A DNA stretch of 63,911 nt, the filler included. It is 4 parts of 4 records of this genome, joined end to end, with 100 filler letters (N's around TTAATTAATTAA, not from the genome) between each part and the next. Parts side by side here need not be neighbours in the genome. Positions count along the whole stretch, not along the records: positions 9,738 to 34,060 come from SRR22947725_4256; positions 34,161 to 48,382 come from SRR22947725_4260; 2 more parts are not named here. One strand, written 5' to 3'. Below, in pieces: positions 31,628 through 42,486 of this stretch (position 1 is the first letter of the stretch; every line of letters starts with the position of its first letter). The notes below the pieces were generated by a model that had not been told where the DNA came from, made no database searches, and worked only from the letters and a program-made list of their open reading frames with translations. The position numbers and the translations under genes were made by a program.

Positions 31628-32644
31628 ATGAATATTAGCGAAGCTATCAAGGCAGTTATCTCTAGACAAAATTTAAATGAAAGTGAGATGCATGATGTTA
31701 TGAATAGCATCATGACTGGCCAAACGACCGATGCACAGATTGGTGCGTTTCTAGTTGGGCTATCAATGAAGGGTGAGACAATTGAGGAAATTACTGCCAG
31801 TGCTAAAGTAATGCGTGCTCTTGCTACATCAGTAGAACTAAGTAGCAATGATTACCTAGTTGATACCTGTGGAACTGGAGGAGATGGCTTAGGTCTATTC
31901 AATATCTCAACAGCTTCAGCCTTTGTAGTCGCTGCGGCCGGTGGAAAAGTTGCAAAACATGGTAATCGCTCGATATCTTCAAAATCTGGAAGTGCAGATG
32001 TATTGGAAGCGGCTGGTATTAATCTCAATATAAGTCCAGAATTAATCAGTCAGTGTATCGAGGAAATTGGTTTAGGGTTTATGTTTGCACCTGCTCATCA
32101 TAGTGCTATGAAACATGCAATTGGTCCTCGCAAAGAGCTGGCAGTCAGAACGATATTTAATGTGTTGGGCCCTTTGACTAATCCAGCCAAAGCGCCAAAT
32201 CAAATTATGGGAGTTTATGATAAAAGCTTGGTTGAGCCAATTGCCAATGTTTTAAAAGGTCTCAATTCACGACACGTAATGGTCGTGCATTCCGAAGATG
32301 GTCTTGATGAGTTCTCCATTGCTAGCAGTACTTATGTTGCAGAATTAAAAGATAATAATATTTCCACTTATACTATTCACCCTCGTGATTTTGGGCTTGA
32401 GGAAGGAAACCTGGATTCAATTAAAGCTGAAAATGCTGAGCAGTCTCTCGCTTTAATCAATGAAGCGTTTTCTGGGAAGAAGGGTGTCGCTAGAGATATC
32501 ATTGCATTAAATGCAGGCGCTGCAATTTATGTGAGTGGCCTTGTGAACTCATTCGATGAAGGCATCACAAAAGCTAACCAAATTTTGTCAGATGGTTCTG
32601 CGCAAGATAAGCTTGATGCTTACACTCTTGCAAGTAATAGTTAA
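31628..32644 (+). CDS. trpD: Anthranilate phosphoribosyltransferase
   Basis: [37 protein letters not shown]. Confidence 0.97.
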   Translation: MNISEAIKAVISRQNLNESEMHDVMNSIMTGQTTDAQIGAFLVGLSMKGETIEEITASAKVMRALATSVELSSNDYLVDTCGTGGDGLGLFNISTASAFVVAAAGGKVAKHGNRSISSKSGSADVLEAAGINLNISPELISQCIEEIGLGFMFAPAHHSAMKHAIGPRKELAVRTIFNVLGPLTNPAKAPNQIMGVYDKSLVEPIANVLKGLNSRHVMVVHSEDGLDEFSIASSTYVAELKDNNISTYTIHPRDFGLEEGNLDSIKAENAEQSLALINEAFSGKKGVARDIIALNAGAAIYVSGLVNSFDEGITKANQILSDGSAQDKLDAYTLASNS

Positions 32645-32646
32645 TA

Positions 32647-33189
32647 ATGAATAAAAAAACAAATCTAATCTGGATAGATCTTGAAATGACAGGGTTAATT
32701 CCTGAAAGTGATGTGATCATTGAAATTGCAACAGTTGTAACGGATGCTAATCTTAATGTTATTGATGAAGGCCCATCTTTAGCTATCAATCAAAAGACTG
32801 AATTATTAGATGGTATGGATGAATGGAACACCACTCAACACAACCGCTCTGGATTAGTTCAAAGGGTTAAGGATAGTTCAATATCAGTCGCCGAAGCGGA
32901 ATCCCAAACCCTTGATTTTCTCTCTCAATATGTTGATTCGGGTGCATCTCCAATGTGTGGTAATTCAATTTGTCAAGACAGAAGATTTTTGTATAACTAT
33001 ATGCCTGACCTTGAAAAGTTTTTTCATTATCGGCATATTGATGTCTCAACACTAAAAGAACTAGCTGTACGCTGGAAACCAGACATCATTTCTAGCTCAT
33101 TCAAAAAATCTAGGCACTTAGCTTTGTCAGATATCTATGACTCCATCGATGAATTGAAATACTACAGAGAGCACTTTATCAAATCTTAA
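32647..33189 (+). CDS. orn: Oligoribonuclease
   Basis: [37 protein letters not shown]. Confidence 0.97.
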   Translation: MNKKTNLIWIDLEMTGLIPESDVIIEIATVVTDANLNVIDEGPSLAINQKTELLDGMDEWNTTQHNRSGLVQRVKDSSISVAEAESQTLDFLSQYVDSGASPMCGNSICQDRRFLYNYMPDLEKFFHYRHIDVSTLKELAVRWKPDIISSSFKKSRHLALSDIYDSIDELKYYREHFIKS

Positions 33190-33190
33190 A

Positions 33191-34042
33191 TTGACTTACC
33201 TATCACCCGCAAAAATCAATTTGTTCCTTCACATCAACTCAAAAAGAGATGATGGTTATCACAATCTACAGACCATTTTTCAACTCTTGGATTTTTATGA
33301 TGAGATAAATTTTCGTGTAAGAGAGGATGGAAAAATAAGCCGCACCCTTGGTAACGAAGATATTCCTCTGGCCAATGACTTAATGATCAAGAGTGCTAAA
33401 AAGTTACAAAAATTGAGTGGGGTCAATTTGGGTGTTGATATTCGAATAATAAAGAAGATTCCTTCGGGCGGAGGGCTCGGAGGGGGGAGTTCAAATGCAG
33501 CGACCACGCTGATGGCATTGAATCATCTTTGGGGTCTTGAGTTAACAAAACAAAAGCTCATATCTATAGGTAAGGGTATTGGAGCAGATGTTCCAGTCTT
33601 CATAGAAGGTCAAAGCTCTTGGGCAGAGGGAATTGGTGAAATTCTCTACCCTTTGAATTTACCAAAATACTTCTATTTAGTTGTCTCAATCACTAAACAC
33701 GTCTCCACCCAAGAAATATTCAGCCATAAAGCATTGACAATGACACCAGTACAAAGGAAAATGTCTGATTTTTCATTAGTCTCAAATCCACATAATGACT
33801 GTCTGGATGCTGCAATTGACTTGGAAGGTGGCATTAAAGATGCTCTAAGGCATCTAGATTCCACTCAAAATCATATTGATATTGCTAGGATGACAGGAAG
33901 CGGTTCATGTGTTTTTGTTGCATTTGAAAATGAAAGTGATGCGTTGATTGCAAAGAAAGAATTGCCATCAAAGTGGATTGGTTTTGTCGCGAAAGCGATT
34001 GATAAATCACCGCTATACAATTGGGATGTCGCCAAGCGGTAA
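33191..34042 (+). CDS. ispE: 4-diphosphocytidyl-2-C-methyl-D-erythritol kinase
   Basis: PAKINLFL, GGGLGGGSSNAA, GADVPVF, MTGSGS. Confidence 0.96.
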   Translation: MTYLSPAKINLFLHINSKRDDGYHNLQTIFQLLDFYDEINFRVREDGKISRTLGNEDIPLANDLMIKSAKKLQKLSGVNLGVDIRIIKKIPSGGGLGGGSSNAATTLMALNHLWGLELTKQKLISIGKGIGADVPVFIEGQSSWAEGIGEILYPLNLPKYFYLVVSITKHVSTQEIFSHKALTMTPVQRKMSDFSLVSNPHNDCLDAAIDLEGGIKDALRHLDSTQNHIDIARMTGSGSCVFVAFENESDALIAKKELPSKWIGFVAKAIDKSPLYNWDVAKR

Positions 34043-34060
34043 GGCAACGGGTTTTGATCC
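34022..34060 (+). tRNA. tRNA-Gln(UUG), 5' half, cut by contig end
   Basis: TGGGATG-TC-GCCAAGCGGTAAGGC D-arm, anticodon arm ACGGG-TT-TTG-AT-CC; the ispE-tRNA-Gln order is common in proteobacteria. Confidence 0.9.
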
Positions 34061-34160
34061 NNNNNNNNNNNNNNNNNNNNNNNNNNNNNNNNNNNNNNNN
34101 NNNNTTAATTAATTAANNNNNNNNNNNNNNNNNNNNNNNNNNNNNNNNNNNNNNNNNNNN
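34061..34160. other. Artificial contig linker
   Basis: Same N-TTAATTAATTAA-N spacer. Confidence 0.98.
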
Positions 34161-34190
34161 CAAGAATAGGCCAAGAATAGGCCAAGAATA
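34161..34190. repeat. CAAGAATAGGC tandem repeat at contig start
   Basis: About 2.7 units directly after the N run. Confidence 0.75.
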
Positions 34191-34213
34191 ATTGCAATTG
34201 CATTCTCAGTAAG

Positions 34214-37200
34214 TTATTCAACGGATATCTTTTTCAGCACGCTCTCTTGCACGCTCTTGAGGCTCCCGACGCGCGCGCCGGCGAAATTCGCGTCCGCGAG
34301 CAGCCTCGCGGCGGCCCTTGCCAGGCCCTGGACCTCGCTGCCTCCCTCGAGCTTCTGCGCGATGGAGGCGGCGCGCGCGACCACGTCTAGGGGTAGGCCC
34401 GCGAGCTTGGCTACGTTTGTTCCGAATGACTTGGGGCAGGCTCCTTCGGTCAGGGTGTAGAGGAAGATGATGTCCTCCACGGCATCTTCAGTGGAGCGGA
34501 CGGTGCAGCCCATGTGCATCACGGCCACTTTGTCGTCCTTTTTGCCACCACCGGCGTCGTACGATTCTGCAAGTTTATGGTAATGGGTGGCAAACACCCC
34601 GCGGCAGCCGACGGTGCGGGCCAGGTACTCCAGTACGGCGCCGGCGATTGCCGAGCCGTCAATGGTGGCCGTGCCACGGCCAAGCTCGTCCAGGGCCACC
34701 AGGCTGTGCTTCGTGGCCCGGGAAAGTGCGGCAGCCGTCTCCGAGAGCTCGATAAAGAAGGTCGATTGGCCCAGGATCAGGTTGTCTTTTGCGCCCATCC
34801 GAACAAAGAGCGCGTCCACGGGCGACAATCGGAGGCTGTCGGCAGGGACCCACGCGCCCACCTGCGCAGCGATCGTGGCCAGGCATACCTGACGCATGAT
34901 AGTTGACTTTCCACCCATGTTCGGACCCGTCAGTAGCATGAAGGGGGCGGCGTCTCCGCCAAGGTGCACGTCGTTGGGCACAAAGCCACCCGAGCCGCCT
35001 GAGATGCCTGCCGGGTGGCGCAGCTTCGTCCCCTGGAACACGCATGACGAGCTCGAGACATCCACATCATCTCCAGACACAAATTCAGGGCAACACATGG
35101 GTCCGTCGCTGTACGCGGCCGCCTTTGCCAGGCTCATCAGGGCATCCAGACTGGCGATGCGGTCCACAGCCTCGAGCCACACCGTCCTATGCTCGGCAAA
35201 CTTGGCCATGATATTCTGGAGGATTTTTGTCTGTGCAACCTCTTTTTCCTCTTTAGCCAGGGCCATTGACGCGGTCAGCCTCTGCAGCTCATCCGTCATG
35301 TACCTCTTCACGCCCTTCTTACCCTGCATCGACGACCAGGTGCTCGGCACCTTGATGTGGTCCGGGGCCTCGATCACGTATGGGTCTTTCTGCAGCGAGA
35401 TCATCTTAATGAGCTTGCCCCCGGTCGGGATCGCCGACCTGACTTCGTCGAGGTACGAGTCCAGGTCGGCCTGCGCCTGCTTCACCTGGGCAACAGCCAT
35501 GTCGTACGCCTCGTCCATGCCTTCCTGCGGCTCGATCCTGCCCGTCCTCTCCGCTTCAGGCCAATCCACCGTGCTCAAAAGTGCTTCCAGCGGGGTTTTG
35601 ATGTCCGGGAACGATCCGTGGCCGATCAGCGACTGCAGGTAGGCGGATTGTACGTCGGACGAGGTGGCAAACGCCTCAACGGCCTTGATTGTCTTGCGGA
35701 TGTCCGACAGGGTAGCATAGACCGCCTTGATCTTCTTCTTGGAGACGTCCTCGTATAGAATCGCCCGAGACTCCCGGAGCGAGCCGACACCGATGCCCGA
35801 CGCACAGATGCGAACAATCGACCGTTCAATGTCGGTCAGCCCCGCAAGGATCCGCCTAGCCTCGCCAGCCGACTCCTCGGCTCCATCCATGAGATCTTTG
35901 ACAGCTCCCTGTCGCGCCTGGATTTCATTGATGACGAACAGGGGCTTACACAGCCACTCGCGCAGCCTGCGCTTGCCGAACGGCGTCACGCAGTGGTCCA
36001 GCGCGCCCAGCAGCGTGCCCGTCGTCCCGCCCTCTGCATTCTCGAGAATCTCCAGATTCTCCAGTGCCGCTCCGTCCAAGGCCATCGTCTTTTTGCCGCA
36101 GGCTCCTGTGCTGAGCATGGTGTCCTGGTCTCCAGCCTGCGAGTGGACCCGGTCGCCCGAGGTCCGCCCCAGCTGGCCCAGCACCTCCTCGATCGTCTGA
36201 AATTTGCTTGCACAGAACACCCATCGGTCGATCAGTCCTCTGCGCAGATTGGCCAGCAACCCGCCTAGCGATAGCGACAGCACGCTGTGCCTGCCAGTGT
36301 CGCCAGCCTTGAGCTCTCGAAGCAGCTCCGGCATTTCTGCATCGGATTTGAAATAGGCCCCAGATTCCAACATATTCCAAAACACGTCTCCGGAGAAAAA
36401 GTTGTCCTCTTCCTCCCCGACCGGCCGCTCGTCCACCAACGGCCGCCTCAAAATCCCCTTGACGACCTTCCTTGACGCCGGCGAGAGGGCCGCGTCATCG
36501 CGGGGCATCACAATTTCCGATGGTTTGAGCGCCGTCAAAACGGCACGCAAATGCGAGCGCAGCTCATCATCCTCAAACTGGCCTGCAATGACCCGAGCGG
36601 CTGCAACGTCAACAATGGTGATGGCCACCGTGGCACGGTTGCTGCCCTTGCCACCATCATCCTGCCCATCCTCCCCAGAGCATAACTGGTCGGCAATGGA
36701 AGCAATGTACTCAATCTCTCCCCCGGCCCCGCCCATCATCTCCCCATCGGTGATGGTCGCCTTCGTGATCACAGCCACCTTCTCCCGCTTGACGACCGCA
36801 ATTCTTTTCAGCTTCTCTTTCTTCCGTTGCTCGTTACGTATGGCCAGCTGTTCCGGCGTCTCCACCTGCTCTATGACCACCGCCTTCTTCCCCGCCCGCA
36901 CCAGACGCTCCACATTCGTCGCATAGGCCGCCTCCGGAAACCCAGCATGTGGCTGATCCCCCTTCATGTACGTCAGACCCAGGCACTCCACCCCCGTATG
37001 CGCGTCCATCTCAAACAACTCGTAAAACTTTCCCATCTTGAAGAACAGCACGCTGTCAAAGTTGTCCGCTTTGAACTGCCACCACTGCGCCTGCGCTGGG
37101 GTCGGCTTTGGCTTCTCCTCAAACCACTTGGGCGGAATGTACAACGTCGTCGGGTCGTAGTCTGGATCCGACGGCCGCCGTTTCTTCTTGTCCATAATAC

Positions 37201-37969
37201 GATCCGGATGAAGGAACTTGAAGCGCTCCTCGGAACGGGCGTCGAATGCCCCCGCCCGATCACCGTCGACGTTGGGCGTGCCAGCATTGGACTGGGGCGT
37301 GGACGAGGCACCCATAGCCGACAACCTCGACAGTGGGAGGGACACAGGTCCCTGCATCGGCGTGCCCCTTTTCCCGCTTTGAGCGGCGCTCGCTCCTTTC
37401 GCTCCTTTTGTCGCTTTGCCCTTTTTGCCAGACTGCGCCCTCTTCGGCGTGGCCTCCAGCGCCTCATCCTCACTCCCCTCATCCATCGCATCCGCCTCTT
37501 CATCATCTTCCTCGTCCACCAAGTCGCTGATCTCGTCATCCTCGCCCTCGCTGCTGATGGCATACTCGCTCCCCGAACCACCAGCCTCATCGGAATCCGA
37601 GTCCACGACCATCCTCGCCTTCTGCGACGACGCACGCTTCGGGTGCGAACGAGACGACTTCTTCCCCGTCGGCACGATCTTTTTCTTCCCCACGACTTGT
37701 CGTTTCGAGGCCGTGCCAGCCCTGTCACTCTCCCCCACCCGCCCGGTGCAGACGCGAGCCACGTTCTCGGCCGCGTTCTCCGCCTCGGCCCCCGCATCCA
37801 GCTCCATGGCTACTTTCTGAGCTGGCATGGGATTGGTCGGCACCCCTTCCGCCGTCGTCGCCTGCGAGCTCTCGACCCCGTTCGATGAGGATTTTGAAAA
37901 GAAGCTCTTGATCCCCATCTGTCCCTTGAGCAGGGGGCGCGAGCCCACGCTCTTACGCCCTTGAGACAT
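34214..37969 (-). CDS. MSH6: DNA mismatch repair protein MSH6
   Basis: PIP box QMGIKSFF near ATG 37969, DPDYDPTTLYIP, FFKMGKFYELFEMDA, GPNMGGKST, STFFIEL, DELGRGT; intronless. Confidence 0.93.
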   Translation of the reverse strand: MSQGRKSVGSRPLLKGQMGIKSFFSKSSSNGVESSQATTAEGVPTNPMPAQKVAMELDAGAEAENAAENVARVCTGRVGESDRAGTASKRQVVGKKKIVPTGKKSSRSHPKRASSQKARMVVDSDSDEAGGSGSEYAISSEGEDDEISDLVDEEDDEEADAMDEGSEDEALEATPKRAQSGKKGKATKGAKGASAAQSGKRGTPMQGPVSLPLSRLSAMGASSTPQSNAGTPNVDGDRAGAFDARSEERFKFLHPDRIMDKKKRRPSDPDYDPTTLYIPPKWFEEKPKPTPAQAQWWQFKADNFDSVLFFKMGKFYELFEMDAHTGVECLGLTYMKGDQPHAGFPEAAYATNVERLVRAGKKAVVIEQVETPEQLAIRNEQRKKEKLKRIAVVKREKVAVITKATITDGEMMGGAGGEIEYIASIADQLCSGEDGQDDGGKGSNRATVAITIVDVAAARVIAGQFEDDELRSHLRAVLTALKPSEIVMPRDDAALSPASRKVVKGILRRPLVDERPVGEEEDNFFSGDVFWNMLESGAYFKSDAEMPELLRELKAGDTGRHSVLSLSLGGLLANLRRGLIDRWVFCASKFQTIEEVLGQLGRTSGDRVHSQAGDQDTMLSTGACGKKTMALDGAALENLEILENAEGGTTGTLLGALDHCVTPFGKRRLREWLCKPLFVINEIQARQGAVKDLMDGAEESAGEARRILAGLTDIERSIVRICASGIGVGSLRESRAILYEDVSKKKIKAVYATLSDIRKTIKAVEAFATSSDVQSAYLQSLIGHGSFPDIKTPLEALLSTVDWPEAERTGRIEPQEGMDEAYDMAVAQVKQAQADLDSYLDEVRSAIPTGGKLIKMISLQKDPYVIEAPDHIKVPSTWSSMQGKKGVKRYMTDELQRLTASMALAKEEKEVAQTKILQNIMAKFAEHRTVWLEAVDRIASLDALMSLAKAAAYSDGPMCCPEFVSGDDVDVSSSSCVFQGTKLRHPAGISGGSGGFVPNDVHLGGDAAPFMLLTGPNMGGKSTIMRQVCLATIAAQVGAWVPADSLRLSPVDALFVRMGAKDNLILGQSTFFIELSETAAALSRATKHSLVALDELGRGTATIDGSAIAGAVLEYLARTVGCRGVFATHYHKLAESYDAGGGKKDDKVAVMHMGCTVRSTEDAVEDIIFLYTLTEGACPKSFGTNVAKLAGLPLDVVARAASIAQKLEGGSEVQGLARAAARLLADANFAGARVGSLKSVQESVLKKISVE

Positions 37970-38094
37970 GCTACACGTCGATGTTTTCGTTCCGAGGACC
38001 GTGTCACGAAACGAGGTGACGGGTGGGTCCGTTGGTTTTTTCAAAATTTTCTTTGGCCCTGCGGCAGGCTCCGGCGTACCACACACGGCGTGCG

Positions 38095-38877
38095 ATGGAG
38101 TATCACACCATCTATACGGACCTGAATCCTGTGGAGACAGAGTGGGACGAGCTTCAGAGGAAGCACGGGAACCTCCCGGACAAGCCGAGGAGAGCCCCCG
38201 CCCCGAAATGGACCCCAGCCGAGGACGCCACGCCGAGCTGTCGGCCGGACGAGGACGCCATCGACGTCATGGATAACACCGACGACATCCAGGCACTCCG
38301 GGACATGGAGGACGACGAAGCGGTGCAGGACTCTCGCTTCCTGGAGGCCTACCGGCAGGAGCGTTTGATGCAGCTTCAGGCGTCGGCGACGGGCCGTGGC
38401 TCTGATCCCAGCGTCGCTACATTCGGTTCATTACAGCATGTACAAGGGTCAGAGTTTGTCAAAGAGGTGACGGAGGCTTCCCAAGGGGCGTGGGTGGTCT
38501 GCCATCTGTACAAAGACGCAGTTGAAGAGTGTGGCATTCTGAACCAGTGCCTGGGGGCGCTGGCAGCGCAGTACAGCTCCACCAAGTTCGTCAAGATCGT
38601 CAGCACACAGTGTATTCCAGATTTTGATGACCGATTTTTGCCGACGTTGTTGCTGTACAAGGATGGGAAGTGCGTGTCGCAGGTGGCGCGGGCGCTGGAC
38701 AACTGGGGAGGGAAGGAGACGAGCGTGGAACGGGTGGCGCTGGGGCTCAAGGGGTGTGATCCGGGCATATGCTGCGAGGACGAGGCTGGGCTGCGGGTGG
38801 AGCAAGAGATGGTGCGGAGGATTCTAGAGGAGCGGCTCGAGAAGGACGAGGGCGACGAGGACTCGGACTTTGACTGA
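38095..38877 (+). CDS. Phosducin-like protein (PhLP2/PDCL3 class)
   Basis: TEWDELQRKHGNLP, FVKEVTEAS, WVVCHLYK, TKFVKI, CIPDFDDRFLPTLLLYKDG. Confidence 0.9.
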   Translation: MEYHTIYTDLNPVETEWDELQRKHGNLPDKPRRAPAPKWTPAEDATPSCRPDEDAIDVMDNTDDIQALRDMEDDEAVQDSRFLEAYRQERLMQLQASATGRGSDPSVATFGSLQHVQGSEFVKEVTEASQGAWVVCHLYKDAVEECGILNQCLGALAAQYSSTKFVKIVSTQCIPDFDDRFLPTLLLYKDGKCVSQVARALDNWGGKETSVERVALGLKGCDPGICCEDEAGLRVEQEMVRRILEERLEKDEGDEDSDFD

Positions 38878-38934
38878 TTGAATTCAACATTCTGCGGTAA
38901 CCATGGATAGAACGGGCCGTGACGCGGTGACACG

Positions 38935-39731
38935 ATGATAATAGCGAATACGTCGCCACGGGCGGGGCTGCGCGAGGCGCCGAGTCGTGCGAGGGTGCTG
39001 CACGACGTGCGAGTTGGAAACGGGCTGTCTCGGCAGGCGTGCCTTGGAGCGGTCTGTCCTCGGGCGGGGGCACGAGTTCGGGAGACGCCCGATGTTGTGC
39101 CTGACGTGCTCACGTTCGCTGACGTCCGGGATGGAGCGAAGGCGGCGCTCAACGTGACGGTGACCCTATCGGCGTTCGGGCCGTATTTCAAGCTCCTGTG
39201 TCATTACGGCGGACAGCCGGGCAAGGGGGTTGCACCGGTCCTGCTCGGGGAGACCGAGGGGTTCATCGTGGCGCCACTTCGCATTCTTCACGTGGATAGT
39301 ATGCGGATATACAACAGCAAGATGAAGAGATTGGAGCGTGACGGGAACGAGACGGGACAGCTGGGCATGATGGGGCTCGGTACGTTGCAACCCGCGCAAA
39401 GTGGATGACTCGCAATTTTCCGTATGTTATGGTGTGAATTATGGTTTGACGACGCATTCGGAGGTTCTTTGCAGGTCGAGTGCTGGCAAAGGCAGTTTTG
39501 GCGTATGGCTACCAGAGCGGGTGCACCAAGGCAGAGATTCTGGCCATCAACGACGACGATGAGACGCATCGGAAGCTAGTATTGTATTATAAGAGGCTTG
39601 GGTTTAAAGCGGTGCGAGAGGTGACCGGTGGGATCGCCGATCTGCCGCATATGCTGGTCTGGGGAGGTGTCGGGACACGCATGGATGCGGACGTCGAGGC
39701 GTTTCAGAAAATCCTCAGGAGACGGAGCTAA
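38935..39731 (+). CDS. Conserved green-lineage/cyanobacterial-type protein with GNAT-like C-terminus; intron 39380-39474
   Basis: G|GTACGT...TTGCAG|GT joins two track ORFs into ...GMMGLGRVLAKAV...AEILAINDDDETHRKLVLYYKRLGF...HMLVWGGVGTRMDA. Confidence 0.7.
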
Positions 39732-39900
39732 CTTGTCAGTCTTACACGTTAATCTTGTTGTCTTGGTATGGGAAGGTAATAATCGGGAGGTTTCGTTTGG
39801 GTTTCCAGGCCGGTCGATGACGGCTCTCGCAGGGGCGTCACAAGGGCTTCACGAGTGATGGCTGCCCGGGCGAGATGGGGGGACGAAGTGACAAAGTGAC

Positions 39901-41976
39901 CTACACTGCCTCGACGACCATTTCGAGCTCCTGATTTCGGTACCCTTTCCGCGGCTTGACCTCAGAGCCCTGGATGTACACGTTGAGCTTACTGTCCGGA
40001 GAGCCACCCAACTGCTTGAGTCTCGATTTGAGGTCAAGGCTCAGTCGTGGAGGAGGGCTTCCCGGCAGGACAGACTGCTTGGCCGATAATTCGGAGCTTA
40101 GCGACATGCTTCCCATGCTATGCATGGTATCGTCTGTGCCGTCCGTGCCGTCGCTTTCGTTGTTGGATGAATCCAGGGAGCCGTCGTCAGACCTTGGCTT
40201 TGCCGCATGGACAAACTCGGGCGGGGTGCTTTCGGCCGGCCTGAGCATGCAATGCGAGTTGGCATTGGCCACGTGGTGGATCGGCATGGTCGTCTGTCTG
40301 AGCATCTCCCGGCCAGCCTCCGATGCAGGAGTCGCCTGTGACAGAAAGTTGCGATCAACGCGCCCGCCGAGCAGTCCGCCGACGTCCACCATGTTGAACC
40401 CGAAAGAGACGAACACAAGGCCCTGGACCAAAAAGTAGGAGGCGAGGCCCCACTGGCTGGTCGACAGCATGAGGCCTGTGACCGCGAGCGACGTCAACAT
40501 GATCCCGAAGAGCAGCTCCCCGGCATACACCTTGCACGAGGGCATCAGTGCAGCCGATCCCGGTCTCTTATCGGAAGATCCAAGTTTGGTCGTGACAACC
40601 CATTCCTGAGCCCTCTGCAGATCCAAAAGCGCTGTAACGACGGCCCACAGCTTGACCATGCCCATCGCGTTCTCGAACAGCACGTACAGGATGGAATAGG
40701 CCCAGCCAGCCTCGGTGAAGGCTGCTGTCGACAGAGTGACGACGACCGGGAGTTGTACCAGCGCCCATGTTGGCACGCTCACCTCTGGTGTGACGATAGA
40801 CAGTGGCACGAGCGAGCAGAAGAACCCAAGTGCGACGAGGTGGGTGGCACACTTGCGGACCCCGAAGTACATGATCGTCAGTTCAAGCTTGCGGAACAAG
40901 CTGATATCCGACGACCAAATGTCCTTGTGTGCCTTGATCCAAAGCTGTGCGGGCCCGCACGTCCACCTGTGCTGCTGCTTTCTGAACGCGAAAAAGGACG
41001 CGGGGATCTCGTTCAGGCACGTCACGTCGTTCAGGAAGATGGCCTTCCATCCCTTGATGTACGCCCGGAGACTGAGATCCATATCCTCGACCGTCGTCCT
41101 ACTCATCCATCCACCGGCATCCTCGATGCAGTGCAGCCTCCATACCCCAGCGGTCCCGTTGAAGTTGAAGAAGGAGCCGGTGGCCGAGTGCGTCAGCTGC
41201 TCGCACTTCATGTGGTAGTTCAGGCTGACCTCCTGGGCCTTTGTCAGATACGACTCGCCGGGATTCGTAAACGTCCATCTGGTCTGAACGTAGCCCACGT
41301 TCGGATTGCCCTCCAAATACGGGATGGTGCGCATCAGGAAGTCCGGCTGGGGCTTGAAGTCGGCGTCAAAGACGGCGACGTACTTGTAGCCCTGCCTCGA
41401 CAGAGTTTCCATGCCCTCCTTCATGGCCCCAGCTTTGTACCCCTGGCGATTTGTGCGGCGAAGACAACTGATGCTAACGCCACGTGCCTTCCAAAGCGCG
41501 ACTTGCTCGTCGACCAGCTCCCTGGTCTTGGAGTCTGTCGAGTCGTCCAGCACCTGCACATGGAACCTCGACGGCTCCCAACTGAGCTCGCAGCAGCAAT
41601 CGATGATTGCCTGACACACGGCACGCTCATTAAACATCCTACAATACGCGAGCCGCGTGGGTGAGTGATTGGGGCGCGCTGGAAATTACGGCGGGACTGG
41701 CGGGCCAGCGTGGAGCGAAAGACCGATGGGTACGTACGGCAGCTGGATCGCCACGGAGGGGTAGTTCTGAGGATCATTGGGCAACGGCCTAAAATTCCAC
41801 GCGTGCTGCGGGAGCTTGCCGGTGACCAGCGACTTGGCTCTGATGAACAGGTACTTGGCAATGCACAGTACCCTGTCCAAGGAGACGAGGGTCGACAGCG
41901 CCACGAATAGGGCTATCAGCGCCTGTAAGGCCACGACGTAGATGTCGTAATACCCTGCTAGTAGCTGACTCTGCAT
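39901..41976 (-). CDS. Cellulose synthase-like A/C GT2 (glucomannan mannosyltransferase-like); intron 41639-41737
   Basis: Splicing restores QLPMFNE; DDSTD, GYKAGA, FDADF, TTVEDMDL, QQHRW and C-terminal TM helices. Confidence 0.9.
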
Positions 41977-42486
41977 CCGGCTGTGTTTGACTCAGAATGC
42001 GAGGTGACGACGGTGCGACCCAAGTGGGGGTGCCCACGATGAGTGCGACGTCACAATCCCGAACGGGTTTCGCGCGCGCACGGCAAATCCCGGCAATGAA
42101 GTCCGCACCCCTTGTAATGGAATAAATTAGCGACTCTGGAGGAGTCCTCGGACCTATCGTCGGGGTTCCTCGAGAAGTCGATTCCAACCGGTTCGCAGCG
42201 AAATCCGGCGGGGGGGGGGGATGCAGACGCTTGCACCACCTAGTACGTGACAATGGCTTGATTTGGCGAACAAATCGCTTTTAAAACATGGAGATATACC
42301 CATCGAACGTGGCGTGCGAAGTTGAGGGTCAAACCGGCTCGCAACCACGGGAAGTCGCGCAGCCTGGTCCTGGGACGAACAAACGACGGGGATACACTTG
42401 GGTACATGTCAATGATGAAGATGCCAAGCCACGTTCGACCCCTTCCGACCCCTTCCTGTCGCATCTCCTCTTCCCAGACGTTCACT

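Noticed and set aside
9638-34160. Bacterial DNA inserted in an algal chromosome (HGT or endosymbiont integration)
   Set aside because: The boundaries are artificial linkers, not biological junctions.
36827-37888. Long alternative-frame ORFs over MSH6 (similar ones lie over Sec7, CSLA and RPN1)
   Set aside because: Stop-poor shadows of GC-rich genes.
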